Source: Nitrospirota bacterium (lineage in GTDB: Bacteria; Nitrospirota; Nitrospiria; Nitrospirales; NS-4). From it: DNA of 64,000 bases. The notes beneath the pieces were generated by a model. That model searched no databases and had not been told where the DNA came from. It was given only the letters and a program-made list of their open reading frames with translations. The stretch spans positions 512,001 through 576,000 of the forward strand of contig CAWBGA010000017.1 in NCBI GenBank assembly GCA_963788195.1, read 5' to 3'. Positions within the stretch are counted from its first letter, which is position 1. The number at the start of each line of letters is the position of its first letter. The translations under genes were made by a program, and so were the position numbers. Positions 1 to 11,728 of this stretch are shown here, in pieces.

Positions 1-661
1 GCGTGGCGACCGCGATCAGGCCCGTCGTTACTTCAAAGACGCTATCAAACTGGACAAGGGATTCTTGCCTGCTCGGATTGGGTTCGGCGAGACCTTGATC
101 CACGAAGGCAAGATGCGTCAGGCGGCGGAGTCCTGGGAAAAATCCTATATCAAGACGTGTAATCCAATCTTTCTGCAGCGCTTGGAGGACCTCTATCTCC
201 AGATAGGCGAGCCGGGAGAAATGATCCGGATCTATCAGGAGGCGCTTGTTCGCACGCACATGGACCCTGCGATTAAACTTGCTTTAGGCAGGCTCTATTA
301 CCGGCTCGAAATGATCGACGATGCCTTCGAATTGCTCTCTACACTCGAAGGGCTTTTCGACCCGGCCGGCGGCATTCACAAGATGATGGCGAGCCTGTAT
401 ATTCGGAAGGGCAATACCGAAGCGGCTCTGTTGGAGATCCAGGAAGGCTTGGGCACGCCTCGTCCTGGATGGATAGCATTTCAGTGTACGACCTGCCTCT
501 ATCAGACGCAGGAATGGAACGGACGATGCGCGGGGTGCGGCTCTTGGAATACGATCGCGATCAAGCCGCCGGTCGGCGTCACAGACGCTTCACTTGAAAA
601 CGTACACATAGCCGGAACCGCGTCCGTGGCCAGCCTGAGAGCGCCGTTCGAAATCGTCTGA
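1..661 (+). CDS. TPR protein with C-terminal rubredoxin-like Zn finger (LapB/YciM-like), 5' partial
   Basis: TPR-like helices followed by FQCTTC...RCAGCGSWNTI, a CxxC-x10-CxxC motif; the frame is open from the window edge. Confidence 0.75.
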   Translation, partial: RGDRDQARRYFKDAIKLDKGFLPARIGFGETLIHEGKMRQAAESWEKSYIKTCNPIFLQRLEDLYLQIGEPGEMIRIYQEALVRTHMDPAIKLALGRLYYRLEMIDDAFELLSTLEGLFDPAGGIHKMMASLYIRKGNTEAALLEIQEGLGTPRPGWIAFQCTTCLYQTQEWNGRCAGCGSWNTIAIKPPVGVTDASLENVHIAGTASVASLRAPFEIV

Positions 662-697
662 TTTGTGTCCACCGGAATTTCATAACTTGGCACCGCT

Positions 698-818
698 TTC
701 CGTTCGCCCTGAGGCAGGCCTGCGCCAAGTCGAAGGGCTTGTCCAAGGGCAAATCTAACTGTAAACTCCCGTCATGCTCGACCGGCTCGATGCTTCGACA
801 GGCTCAGCATGAACGGAA
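698..818. repeat. REP/MITE-like imperfect palindrome (CTGAG..GTCGAAG / CTTCGACAGGCTCAG type)
   Basis: ttccgttcgccctgag (698-713) pairs imperfectly with ctcagcatgaacggaa (803-818); gtcgaag (729-735) pairs with cttcgac (793-799); intergenic. Confidence 0.65.
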
Positions 819-848
819 TTGTTATCAGCTCGTCAAACATAGGAGTAC

Positions 849-2392
849 ATGGCTCCGCTTAAATCCGTGGCTCTTATCATTCTTGATGGCTGGGGCGAAA
901 ACCGTAATCCCCAAGCGAATGCGATCGCGCACGCGAAACTTCCGTTTTACCGGTCGCTGCTCAAGGACTATCCGCATACGCTTCTCTCCGCGTCCGGGTG
1001 AAGATACCGGCCTTCCGGACAACCAAATGGGGAACTCAGAAGTCGGCCATATGAACATCGGCGCCGGCCGCATCGTCTATCAGGATTTAACTCGAATCAA
1101 TCGGGCGATACGTGATGGCTCTTTCGTCTCCAACCCGGTCTTTCAGGAAGTCCTGCGAAAAACGCGAGCAGCCGGCGGGCGGCTGCACCTGCTCGGTCTC
1201 CTCTCCGATGGCGGGGTCCATAGTCACATCACACATCTCTACGAACTCCTGAAGATGGCGAAATCCGCGGAGGTGCCGGTCTTTGTGCACGCGTTTCTCG
1301 ACGGGAGAGACGTGCCCCCGCAAAGCGGCCTCGGTTACATTCGTGATGCCGAAGCGAAAATGCAGGCCCTCAAAATCGGCGAGATCGCGACCGTGATCGG
1401 CCGCTATTACGCCATGGACCGGGATAACCGCTGGGATCGGGTGGCGCGCGCCTACGCCGCGATGGTTGAAGGGGCCGGCGAGCACCACACTACGGCGGAA
1501 CAGGCTGTCACCCAAAGTTATGCAAGCAAGGTTACAGACGAGTTTGTGCTACCGGCCGTCATTGGGGGGGGACACAATTCCCCGACAAAGAGCATTCACG
1601 ACGGCGACGGCGTCATCTTTTACAATTTCAGAGCCGACCGGGCCCGGGAACTGACCCGTGCCCTGACAGAGCCCGACTTTGACGACTTTCCCCGAAGCCA
1701 CGTTCCACATCTCTCAGCTTTCGCCACGATGACGTCCTACAACGATACCTTTCCGCACCCGGTGGCCTTTGCGCCCATGCGGCTCACGAAAAGCCTTCCC
1801 GAGATCATCAGCGAGCGAGGTCTGAACCAGCTTCGAATTGCAGAAACGGAGAAATACGCGCACGTTACCTACTTTTTCAACGGCGGGGACGAGACGATCT
1901 ATCCCGGTGAGGACCGCGTGCTCATTCCTTCTCCTAGAGACGTGCCGACTTATGACCTCAAGCCGCAAATGTCAGCTCACGAAGTGGCTGCAGAAGCCTC
2001 GCGGCGCATCAGCGCCGGCAAGTATTCATTGATTGTGCTTGAACTTCGCCAACCCTGACATGGTCGGACATACCGGAATCTTAACCGCGGCGGTGCAGGC
2101 AGCAGAGGTGGTGGATGACTGTCTAAAGCTGGTAGTCTCCACGATGCGCGCCATCGGCGGCGCGGTGATCATCACCGCCGACCACGGAAATATCGAGCAA
2201 ATGGTGGACTATGCGACCGGCGAGCCTCATACGGCACATACGTTGAACCCGGTGCCCTGCCTCATCGTGGATGATCACCCGCATGCGCTACGTCCCTCCG
2301 GAATACTGGCGGACATTGCGCCGACCATCCTGCACCTGATGGGCATTCCCCAGCCACCCGAGATGACCGGTGTCTCCCTCATCAAGGAGTGA
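849..2392 (+). CDS. gpmI: 2,3-bisphosphoglycerate-independent phosphoglycerate mutase, two apparent frameshifts (~997, ~2040)
   Basis: AGGAG then [69 protein letters not shown] and TADHGN spread over three frames. Confidence 0.95.
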
Positions 2393-2396
2393 TCCC

Positions 2397-3410
2397 ATGA
2401 ACCCTGTTTCCTGTGCCACAGTGGACTTTCGCAGCTTGGCCGACAGAGTCATCGCCGGCGACACCCTCACGCGCGAAGAAGCCCGGGCCGTTTTACAGGT
2501 CCCGGACGAACGTCTATTGACACTCCTGGATGCCGCCTTCGTCATCCGCCAGCGGTTTTTCGGACGCAAGGTCCGTCTGCAAATGCTACAAAACGCCAAG
2601 AGCGGCGCCTGTCAGGAGGACTGCGGCTACTGTTCCCAATCGAAGGTCTCTACAGCAGAAATCGATCAGTACGGCCTGTTGTCAAAGTCGGAAATGGTCC
2701 AGGGCGCCCACCAGGCAGCCGCCTCCAAAGCGATACGGTACTGCATTGTTATCAGCGGGCGAGGACCGTTGGACCGAGAGCTCACCGCGATTTCCGAGGC
2801 AGTGAGGGAGATCAAGGAGTCGTGTTCCGTTCAAGTGTGTTGCTCGTTGGGGCTGTTATCTGAATCCGACGCCCGAAGGCTCAAAGAGGCCGGAGTAGAT
2901 CGGATCAACCACAATTTGAACAGCTCTGAGCGCTTTCATCCGGAAATCGTCACCACCCATAGCTATCAGGACAGGCTCACGACGATTCGAAATGCGCGTG
3001 CGGCGGGCCTGGAAATCTGCTCCGGCGGGATCGCAGGCATGGGGGAAGCCGACGAGGACCTCATCGATCTAGCGCTTGCCTTGCGAGACGTCGCGCCGCA
3101 CTCAATCCCGCTAAACTTCCTGCATCCCGTCGAAGGAACGCCAATGGAAGACCGGCACGAGCTCACTCCGCAACGCTGCCTCAAGATTCTGTGCCTTTTC
3201 CGATTCCTACATCCACGGACGGAGCTTCGGGTCGCAGGAGGACGAGAGTTCAATCTGCGCTCGCTACAAGCGTTGGCATTATATGCCGCCGATTCACTGT
3301 TTGTAGGAGGGTATCTCACGACGCCCGGGATGCCGGCAAACGAGGCCTGGAAGATGATTGAGGACCTCGGATTCGAGGTGGATTTGGTCGGCGCTCCGGT
3401 CCCGGCCTGA
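2397..3410 (+). CDS. bioB: biotin synthase
   Basis: NAKSGACQEDCGYCSQS radical SAM motif, NHNLNSS, CSGGIAGMGE, SIPLNFLHPVEGTP, LRVAGGRE. Confidence 0.95.
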   Translation: MNPVSCATVDFRSLADRVIAGDTLTREEARAVLQVPDERLLTLLDAAFVIRQRFFGRKVRLQMLQNAKSGACQEDCGYCSQSKVSTAEIDQYGLLSKSEMVQGAHQAAASKAIRYCIVISGRGPLDRELTAISEAVREIKESCSVQVCCSLGLLSESDARRLKEAGVDRINHNLNSSERFHPEIVTTHSYQDRLTTIRNARAAGLEICSGGIAGMGEADEDLIDLALALRDVAPHSIPLNFLHPVEGTPMEDRHELTPQRCLKILCLFRFLHPRTELRVAGGREFNLRSLQALALYAADSLFVGGYLTTPGMPANEAWKMIEDLGFEVDLVGAPVPA

Positions 3411-3414
3411 TCCT

Positions 3415-4177
3415 TTACCCTCCTTTTTTGTCTCGCGCCAACAGCAGCGCGCGAAACATTTGGGCCTCTTTGCGATTCTCGGTCAAAATATCGGCATCGC
3501 TGCCCACTTCCTGGGGCTCTCTGGCCAGGAACTCCGTGAGACGATTCACTGTCTTCACACCCCGCGTGAGCTTGTCGTTGATCAATCGTTGAAGAATGGG
3601 ACGCATGAGTTTGACAAGATGTGCGAGGAAACGATTGTCCAGCCGCGAAAAAACCGTCACCTTCGTATCCACGCTTTCCCGACCGTCGCGCGTCAGGTGT
3701 CGCATGATAGGACAGCACCACAATTCCGGCGCCGGTAATCTTGGGAATGACATAGCCCTTCTGGCTTCCCTGCAGATGATATATGCGTCGAACGGGATCC
3801 TGGTATAAGAGCGTGACCGTGGCTTCTCCGCCTTGATTGTCTTCTCCCGTAAACATGGTTGGTGAGACCTCAGTAACGACATAGCCGCCGAACCTGTAGT
3901 GCCGCACCGCATTGGACGTCAGGGCCGGATGGTCCAAGAGAAAGTCATACAGCGGCTTAGGGATCGGAACCTGCACAGATGGAACCAACTGAAAGGTCGT
4001 ATAGTCATTGACCACTTCCGCCAGGCGGCAAATCGCGGCGGGCTCCATCTTCTCAAGAGGCAGAACGACGTCGGAACGGTCGAGACTGACCGCACAGGCA
4101 AGCAAGGAGGAGGGCCAGATGACGAAGATCGTTACGGGGTATAGAGAGGCCAGGCAACGAGAACCGCAACGTTTCAT
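3415..4177 (-). CDS. hypothetical exported protein, apparent frameshift near 3690-3710
   Basis: N-terminal part in ORF 2966..4177 has a hydrophobic leader; C-terminal helical part continues in ORF 3415..3912. Confidence 0.5.
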
Positions 4178-4212
4178 GAGCAGGCTGCGACGGGAGTGCC
4201 CTTTCTTCGAAC

Positions 4213-4636
4213 CTATTCGCCGATCATCTGGATGATCAGGTCTCTGGTGCGCGCACGCGTATCGAAGTCGACCACCACGATTTGCTGCCAGGTTCCGAGG
4301 AGCAGTGACTGATCAGCAAATGGCACCGTCACCGAGGCGCCTTGCAAATGGCCCCGGAGGTGGCTGTGAGCGTTATCTTCCCCGGCGTTTAAGGTATTGT
4401 GCTGCCAATTGGCGTCCGGAGGGATCAGCCGCTCCCAGATCGTTTTTGTGTCGGCGCGAGTCCCCGGCTCGTCCTCTATGATCATCACCGCCGCCGTCGT
4501 GTGCTTGATGAATACGACCGCGATCCCCGCCGCGAGCCCGCTTTTCGCGACGGCATCCTCCACTCGTCTTGGTAATGTTCTCAATCTGCGTTTCGCCTCG
4601 CATTTTGAGCCGGAACTCACTGGTCTTTACACTCAT
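4213..4636 (-). CDS. yjbQ: YjbQ/UPF0047 family protein, apparent frameshift near 4570
   Basis: KHTTAAVMIIEDEPG, HNTLNAGEDNAHSHLR, LLLGTWQQIVVVDFD; N-terminus MSVKTSEF lies in another frame. Confidence 0.85.
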
Positions 4637-4661
4637 GAGTTATTTCTCATTCCAAATTCCC

Positions 4662-5660
4662 TCAGTCGTTTCGCCGCTTCGCGCGCGCTTCAGGGCCAGG
4701 CTTTCTGCCGACTGCCGATGCCAGAGCTTTGAGATACTTTGACTCGGCTGAGGAAAGGGGTTTTCCCCGCGCTTCACGTAGGATGCCGTCAAAAGCGCCT
4801 TCTGCCGCCAATCCGCGGACTGCATTGAGCACCCTTTGGCTCAAAATCTTCTCCACACGCAGTTTCTCGAGGTACGCAAACGCTTCGGAGAGTCTCTCCT
4901 TGTGCCGTGTGTAATAGTCCTGCCCACGCTTGCGATTACTGTACGCCTCGAATTGCTCACACGCCACCAGCACTTCGGCCAACTCGTGAAGCCATGCCGG
5001 CGCACGGTTGAGCTTTTCGGGATAGTAGTAGTACAGCATGACCCGTTGCATCCACGGAACCCACCTGATGCCGAGGGCGGCAAGCTTCGGTTTGACGGCG
5101 CGCAATTGACGGGCTAAGCGCCGTGCGTATCCGAGACGCATTTCAACCTGCTCGCATGTCCATTCGTCAATCGGAATGCCGAGCTTGGCGAGTTCATGGC
5201 GGTGTTCCTCCAGAAACGCCTCGGTTTCGCGCCCGTAGCGGGTTCTCGGATGAATCGCGCGCCATTCGCGTGGCCTCGTCGGGATGCCCTGTCGGCGGGC
5301 CCAGGACCATATCGCCCCGAACAGCTTTTGGTCCAATCCCGCTCGCCCCAGATCGTGCAACAAGACAGGCGATCTCGTAGTCGTAGATTCGTTGCCTCGG
5401 AATGACCTAGGCGCCTCGCAACTGCAGAGCACATTCGAGCAGTCCGAAGAGCATGCGGACCGTCATAGCCCAGGATGATGCTGCCGGGTCGCGAGGATGA
5501 GGATAATTGTAGAGATCAAGAGCTTCCGGGCCAGGCGGCACGAAAGCCTTTGGACCAGAAGCGTCGTTCGCGGTTCTTTACAGTTGCTGCGCGGAGGCTT
5601 TTCCTGCGTCCAGCGTTGATAAAATCGAAGCAATAGGTTGAGACAGCCTGCAGTGTTCAT
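4662..5660 (-). CDS. HD-domain-like protein, several apparent frameshifts, start uncertain
   Basis: Joined frames read YDGPHALRTARMCSAVARRLGH...IACLLHDLGRAG (H...HD motif). Confidence 0.6.
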
Positions 5661-5690
5661 TCAGCCGCGGCGATTGTATCCTAAGATCGG

Positions 5691-6338
5691 TCATTTGTTT
5701 CGTTGGTAGTAGAGCTCCAAGGCGTCTCGATAGCCGGCCTTCTGCCCTTCCTCCCAAGCATTTTCCAAACGCCGCTTCAACCGATCGACATCCTGCTCCC
5801 GCTTGGGGTCGGCCGCCCGTTGTTTAAGCAGATTGAACAGCGCGACATGAATGATCTTGCTGCGCCGCACCTCCATGTCTTCGTTGATCCAACCGCGAAA
5901 AGCGTCCAGGGCGTGGTCCATGACGATTTGTGGCTTGAAGGCGTCGTAGCCGATCTTCTCTTTCGTCAGACGCCGCACGACTTCGATTTCCTTCCTGAGC
6001 TGTGCAATATTATTTAACAAATATCCTTGAATGTCGCCGTGCCCGGCCTCATACAGCTTCTCCAGGACCTCACTGACATAGATTTCTGGGTTGGCCGGCT
6101 TTTCTTTGACTCCAAAGGTCCCATGGCCGCCGAATCGCATGCGGTCATAGTCAACCTTCGCGGCCGTGTCGCCGACGACGCCATAGGCTTCGCTGATCTC
6201 CTTGAAGCGCGCTTCGGCCTTCTTATCGCCGGGATGATGATCAGGATGGTTTTCTTTCGCCAGACGCCTGAAGGCCGTCTTGATCTCCAGAAGGCTGGCA
6301 TCCCTCTCAACCCCGAGAACTTGGTAATAATCTTTCAT
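5691..6338 (-). CDS. DnaJ-domain protein (J domain plus helical C-terminus)
   Basis: MKDYYQVLGV...FRRLAKENHPDHHPGDKKAEARFKEISEAY with HPD motif. Confidence 0.9.
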   Translation of the reverse strand: MKDYYQVLGVERDASLLEIKTAFRRLAKENHPDHHPGDKKAEARFKEISEAYGVVGDTAAKVDYDRMRFGGHGTFGVKEKPANPEIYVSEVLEKLYEAGHGDIQGYLLNNIAQLRKEIEVVRRLTKEKIGYDAFKPQIVMDHALDAFRGWINEDMEVRRSKIIHVALFNLLKQRAADPKREQDVDRLKRRLENAWEEGQKAGYRDALELYYQRNK

Positions 6339-6435
6339 TATCCGGTGACTATAACATTCCCGGCGTATCCAAGCACTCCATCCGCATGACCCATGAACAT
6401 TGCGAAATTCAAGGCCGAGCAGGTACCATGTCGGC

Positions 6436-8503
6436 ATGAGCGACCAGCTCGACACATCGCAGCCTACGAACCATCTCATCCACGAGACAAGCCCCTATCT
6501 CAAGCAGCACGCCCATAATCCTGTCGAGTGGTACCCGTGGGGACACGAAGCGCTAGCTCGCGCCAAATCCGAGAATAAGCCCATTCTCTTATCGATCGGG
6601 TATTCCGCCTGTCATTGGTGCCATGTCATGGAACGCGAGTCGTTCGAAAATCCGGACATCGCCAATCTGATGAATCAGCATTTCATCAACATAAAGGTTG
6701 ATCGCGAAGAACGCCCCGATCTGGACGATATCTATCAGAAATCGGCGCAGGCTTTTATGCGGCGCGGTGGGGGCTGGCCGCTGACTATCTTCCTCACGCC
6801 GGATCAGGAGCCGTTCTGGGGCGGCACCTATTTTCCTCCGGTCTCCCGCCACGGCATGCCGGGATTCCCCGAAGTCCTTCTCGGAGTCTCCGAGGCATAT
6901 CAAAAAGAGCCTGGACAGGTGCGCGAGAACATCCAGAAGGTGAGAACAGGGCTGCGGCGTATCAGTTCCCCGCAGCCCTCAGATGCGTCCCTGAGCGAGG
7001 AGTTGTTGGACAACGCCGTCCGCGATCTCAGCACTTTCTATGAGCCCATCAACGGCGGCTTTGGTGATGCGCCCAAGTTTCCCACGTCACCACCTATTCA
7101 CCTCCTGCTTCGCCAATTCAGCCGCACGAAAGACCAAAAGATGCTGGATATGTCACTCCATTCCCTTTGGAAGATAGCGGCTGGAGGCATCTACGATCAT
7201 CTCGGAGGGGGCTTTCATCGTTATTCCACCGACGCCCAGTGGCTCGTTCCGCACTTTGAAAAAATGCTGTACGACAACGCTCAACTCGTGCGTCTGTATC
7301 TGGACGCATGGCGCTTGAGCCGGGAGCCACGTTTTCGCCAGGTCGTCGATCAGACATTAGAGTATCTCCAGCGTGAAATGATCCATCCGGATGGCGGCTT
7401 CTACACGGCGCAGGACGCCGACAGCGAAGGCCATGAGGGAAAGTACTTCGTCTGGACGCCGGCAGAAGTGAAGGCCATCCTCGGACCGGAGGCGGGAGAT
7501 CTCTTCTGTCGCGTCTATGACATTACCGACCAAGGAAACTTTGAAGGCAAAAATATTCCTAACCTGATCAAAAGCAACGGCCGAATAGAGGTCCAGGACG
7601 TTCCAGACGTCGAGCAACAGATGACTGCTGCGCAGGCAAACGCTTCTGAACGCCCGCGAGCAACGTATTAAACCCTTACGCGACGATAAGATTCTGACCA
7701 GCTGGAATGGTTTGATGATCTCCGGAGTCCTCGACGCCTATCAAGCGTTGGGGAACCCTGCGTATCTGGCCATGGCAGAAAAAGCGCTCGCCTTTCTTCT
7801 GGCGAGCGCCTACAAGAACGGCCGCCTCTTCAGAACCGTCACCGACGGACAGGGCCGCTTGAATGGATACCTGGACGATTACGCGTTCTTGACTGCCGCG
7901 CTCATCGATGCATTCGAGGCTACGTCTCGACCGGAATATCTGGAGAAGGCGCGGGAGCTCACGGCCGTTCTGCTCGAGCAATTCTGGGATCCCCAAGCCG
8001 GTGGGTGCTTTTTTACGGGCCGCGACCATGAGACCTTGATCCAGCGAATGAAAAGCGGCGAGGATTCCGCGATCCCCTCGGGGAATGCCATTACGACCAT
8101 GAACTTTCTGCGACTGTTCTCGTATACAGGTGAGCAGATCTATCTTGATCGGGCCGAGCTGACGCTGCGGCTATTTCATGAGCAGATGAGCCGCAACCCG
8201 TATGGCACGTCGTCTCTATTGTGCGCCTTGGACTTTTATCTTTCGAAGCCCAAAGACATCGTTTTAGTCGGCTCACGCAGTGACCCCGAGATGGCCGGTC
8301 TGCTGAGCCAGATCCATGGTCGATACGTGCCGAACAAGACGATCGTGGTGGTCAACGGAGACACTGTCGAGGGATCGATCGGAGTGCCGGCTGCCGCCAA
8401 AGGAAAAACCGCAATTCATGGCAAGCCAACCGCGTATGTCTGCCACAACTTCACCTGCTCGCAGCCGGCCACGGATTGGGAGACCCTGGAGAAATTGCTC
8501 TAG
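6436..8503 (+). CDS. thioredoxin-domain DUF255/YyaL (SPATA20-like) protein, apparent frameshift near 7640
   Basis: [75 protein letters not shown]. Confidence 0.92.
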
Positions 8504-8544
8504 AAGCCATCGGACGGTTGCGTATTGGGAATGCCTATTACTCC

Positions 8545-10388
8545 GTGAACCCATTTAAACGGTTCAGGCACGACCAGGGTCATGATCTCCGAGTAACGGG
8601 ACGCCGCTTAACGGAATGGGCATTCCGATCGGCCAGGGTAATTGTCCTGGCCGCCTTCTGTACCCCCGGCGGTTTTGCCTGGGGGCGCTCACAGCCGATC
8701 AGACAGCCGTTCTTGCCAATCGCAACAGCCCTGACAGTTTGGCCATCGCACAGCATTATGCGGAGCGGCGAGGACTGAAGCCGGACCACATCATCATTCT
8801 GGATCTGGGGACTGACGAGACCATCGGCCGCGGGCATTACGAACAGCATCTGATTAAACCGCTCCGCCAGGCACTTGAGGCCCGCAACCTTGCGTCCCAC
8901 ATCAGGTGTCTAGTCACGACGTATGGGATTCCGCTCGCGGTGGTGGCGCCTCAGCCCACCGACGATGAGCGGCGGTGGAGCAAGGACGCGGCACAGCGGC
9001 AGGAGAAGGCCCTTGTTCACCTCCAGCTCCTCGAAGGATGGGTGAAACAAATCGCCGCTTCATCAGCGCGAGATCCGTCCGCTCCCGCGACGAGCGGTCC
9101 CTCATCAGATGCGTCAAAGGGAACGCCCGCGCTTTTGAAAAGCGTCGCGGACGCCATCCGTGAGGCTGCCGGACGTATAGGGACTATCTCAGATCGAGAC
9201 AAGGCCCTCCAGCAGCGCGAGGAACTTGCACGTCTGGTCCAACAATTCGGGGGACCCAATGCCCTCCTTCAGGAATTTTACTCAATCGGTTCAACGAACC
9301 AGCAACAGGACCGCCAGCGGATCGAACAATACCGCCAGCAGATCGGTACTGCCGAGAGGTTGATCCGGGTTTTAAGCGCGGCGCCATCGGACCTTCATAG
9401 GCAAAGCGCATACCGGGTGGCGCAACAAGTGTTCGGCTTGCGAGGCGTTCTCGCGCTGGCCCAGGAGGAATCGGAAAGATTCTCATATCTGAATGGAAAC
9501 GCAAGTATCGACAGTGAACTCAGTCTCCTCTGGTGGGACCGAGGTGATTATAATGTCGCGGGACGTATGCCGAATCCCATGTTTCAGAGCCGGACAACAA
9601 CGCAGTCTCTACAGAGCCTGCCGATTGTGATGGTCGCCCGGCTGGATGCTCCAACTCCAGAATTGGCGCGGCGCCTGGTGGATCAGGCCCTCACGGCGGA
9701 ACAACATGGGCTCGCTGGAAAATTTTACTTGGATGCGGAAGGTCTGAAGCCGGATGCGGGGAGCTATGGATTCTATGATCAAAGCCTCCGAGACTTAGCC
9801 GCCCTCGTTCGCCGCGCTACTTCTTATGAGGTCCGGCTCGACGACACTCCGCAGCGCTTCAGCCAGCCGGGGCAGGCTCCGGATGTCGCGCTATATATAG
9901 GATGGTACCGGTTGCGGTCTTATGAAAACGCCTTTTCTTTTAATCCGGGCGCCATTGGCTATCACATTGCGTCCGGCGAGGCGGTGAGCCTGCATGATCC
10001 AGATGAACCAGGTTGGTGCAAGAACGCCTTGGAGCACGGGATCACCGCGACGTTGGGTTCGATTGGCGAACCATACCTCGACTCCTTCCCTGCCCCCAAG
10101 GATTTCGTGGCGTTGCTTCTTAGCGGTCGTTACACGCTCGTGGAAGCGTATTACTTGACGACGAGATATGTGAGTTGGCGTATGGTACTGGTGGGAGATC
10201 CCTTATATAATCCTTGGCGAGATAACGGCTACACAAAGGTGGAGGTCCAGCCCCTACCGATTCCGCCGAGCGATCTGAAGTTTCCTGATCCTGTGAAGGC
10301 AAGGCAGGAATACCAATCGCAACTGCAGAACGCGCTCGCCCAAGTGGAGCGCCTCATCGAACAAATGGAGAAAGGCAGGCGACCTTAA
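8545..10388 (+). CDS. TIGR03790 family exported protein; signal peptide apparently in a shifted frame (G-run ~8681)
   Basis: VLANRNSPDSLAIAQHYAERRG, LVTTYGIPL, ASIDSELSLL, MVARLDAPT, PGAIGYHIASGEA, GEPYLDSFP, SWRMVLVGDPLYNP. Confidence 0.8.
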
Positions 10389-10432
10389 GGGTAAACGCCA
10401 GGACTAACAATTCCGGTTGAGGAGGTTTGAAA

Positions 10433-10765
10433 ATGGCCACACTCGATGACCTGCTCAAGATCAACGGCGTCATCGCCGCAGGCGAATTTACATCTGATGG
10501 CAAACTTGTAGATTTCAAGACGAAGACCGACATGTCAAAGGACTTAGGAGTCTTGACCGCGCAGTTCTGCGCGACCGTGACAATGTTATTCAACACGCTG
10601 GCCGCCGCCCATTCGAAGCTGAGCGGGATGAACTGGCTGCCCCAGCAGGGATGGATGTACGCCGGCGGAGAGTGGACGGTGGCCGTCGGCGGAACCCGAG
10701 GAGTGTTTATCGAAACCGCCAAGGCGGATTTTAATCAACTGTTCAAAGTTCTTGTCGGTAGGTAA
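10433..10765 (+). CDS. DUF2173 family protein
   Basis: GGAGG RBS; LDDLLKINGVIAAGEF...SGMNWLPQQGWMYAGGEWTV...ADFNQLF. Confidence 0.75.
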   Translation: MATLDDLLKINGVIAAGEFTSDGKLVDFKTKTDMSKDLGVLTAQFCATVTMLFNTLAAAHSKLSGMNWLPQQGWMYAGGEWTVAVGGTRGVFIETAKADFNQLFKVLVGR

Positions 10766-10804
10766 CAGGCGTCCTACACGAAGCGCAGGCGGTATTGTTG
10801 CAGG

Positions 10805-11609
10805 CTATTTTAGCCCCAGCACGTCTTGCATGTCGTAAAGACCCGCAGGTTGCTTGACGATCCATTCCGCAGCCCGCAGCGCCCCCGCCGCAAAAGTATC
10901 GCGACTTGAAGCGCGGTGCGTGACCTCGAGGCGCTCACCCATGCCGCCAAACAGAACCGTGTGGTCGCCTATGATATCGCCCGCACGAATGACCTGCATG
11001 CCAATCTCGCCGCGCTTGCGTTCGCCGATCATGCCTCTACGGCCATAGGCGGCGACCTGGTTCAGGTCCTTTCCTGTGGCCTCGGCCAGCACCTGAGCGA
11101 TCTTCAACGCGGTCCCGCTCGGCGCATCCTTCTTGAGCCGGTGGTGGGCCTCCAGCACCTCCACGTCGTAGTCATCGCCCAACCGTCGCGCCATCTCCGC
11201 AATGACTTTCAGCATGAGATTCACGCCGACGCTCATGTTCGGCGCGAACACGCAGGCGATCGCTTTTGCTTTAGTCTTTAGCTCAGAGACTTGCTCGGCA
11301 GAAAGACCGGTGGTCCCGATAACCATTGCCTTCTTCTGACCGGCCATAATTTCCATGTGGGCCAAGCGTGGCCTCGGGGGCGGTAAATTCGATCAGCACG
11401 TCGGCCTTCTCGGCAAGCACGGTCAAGTCATCGGTGATCGGGATACCCTGCCGATCGGCACCCGCCACTTCTCCCGCATCCCGGCCGATTGCGGGATGGC
11501 CCTTCTTTTCTATGGCGCCCGCGAGCTGCAAGGACCTGGATTCTGTAATCAGGCTGATCAGGCGGCCGCCCATCCGTCCGCCAGCACCCGCCACAATAAC
11601 CTTAATCAC
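10805..11609 (-). CDS. dapB: 4-hydroxy-tetrahydrodipicolinate reductase, apparent frameshift near 11365
   Basis: [48 protein letters not shown]. Confidence 0.95.
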
Positions 11610-11678
11610 TGACTTGCCTCGCTATCGACACTGTTTACGGAACCGTCGTTTCTAATGCTTGAATATCAGACATTGGAG

Positions 11679-11708
11679 AGTATGGCAAACGCCCACGCTC
11701 GTGTGCAA
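11679..11708 (-). promoter_or_regulatory. possible sigma70 promoter for dapB
   Basis: TTGCAC-18 nt-CATACT with extended TG on the minus strand, between the repeat block and dapB. Confidence 0.35.
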
Positions 11709-11728
11709 GCAGATGCGCAGTAAGGGTC

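Noticed and set aside
2966..3410. C-terminal half of the 403 aa minus-strand ORF overlapping bioB
   Set aside because: Antisense read-through produced by the apparent frameshift near 3700; no protein-like motifs
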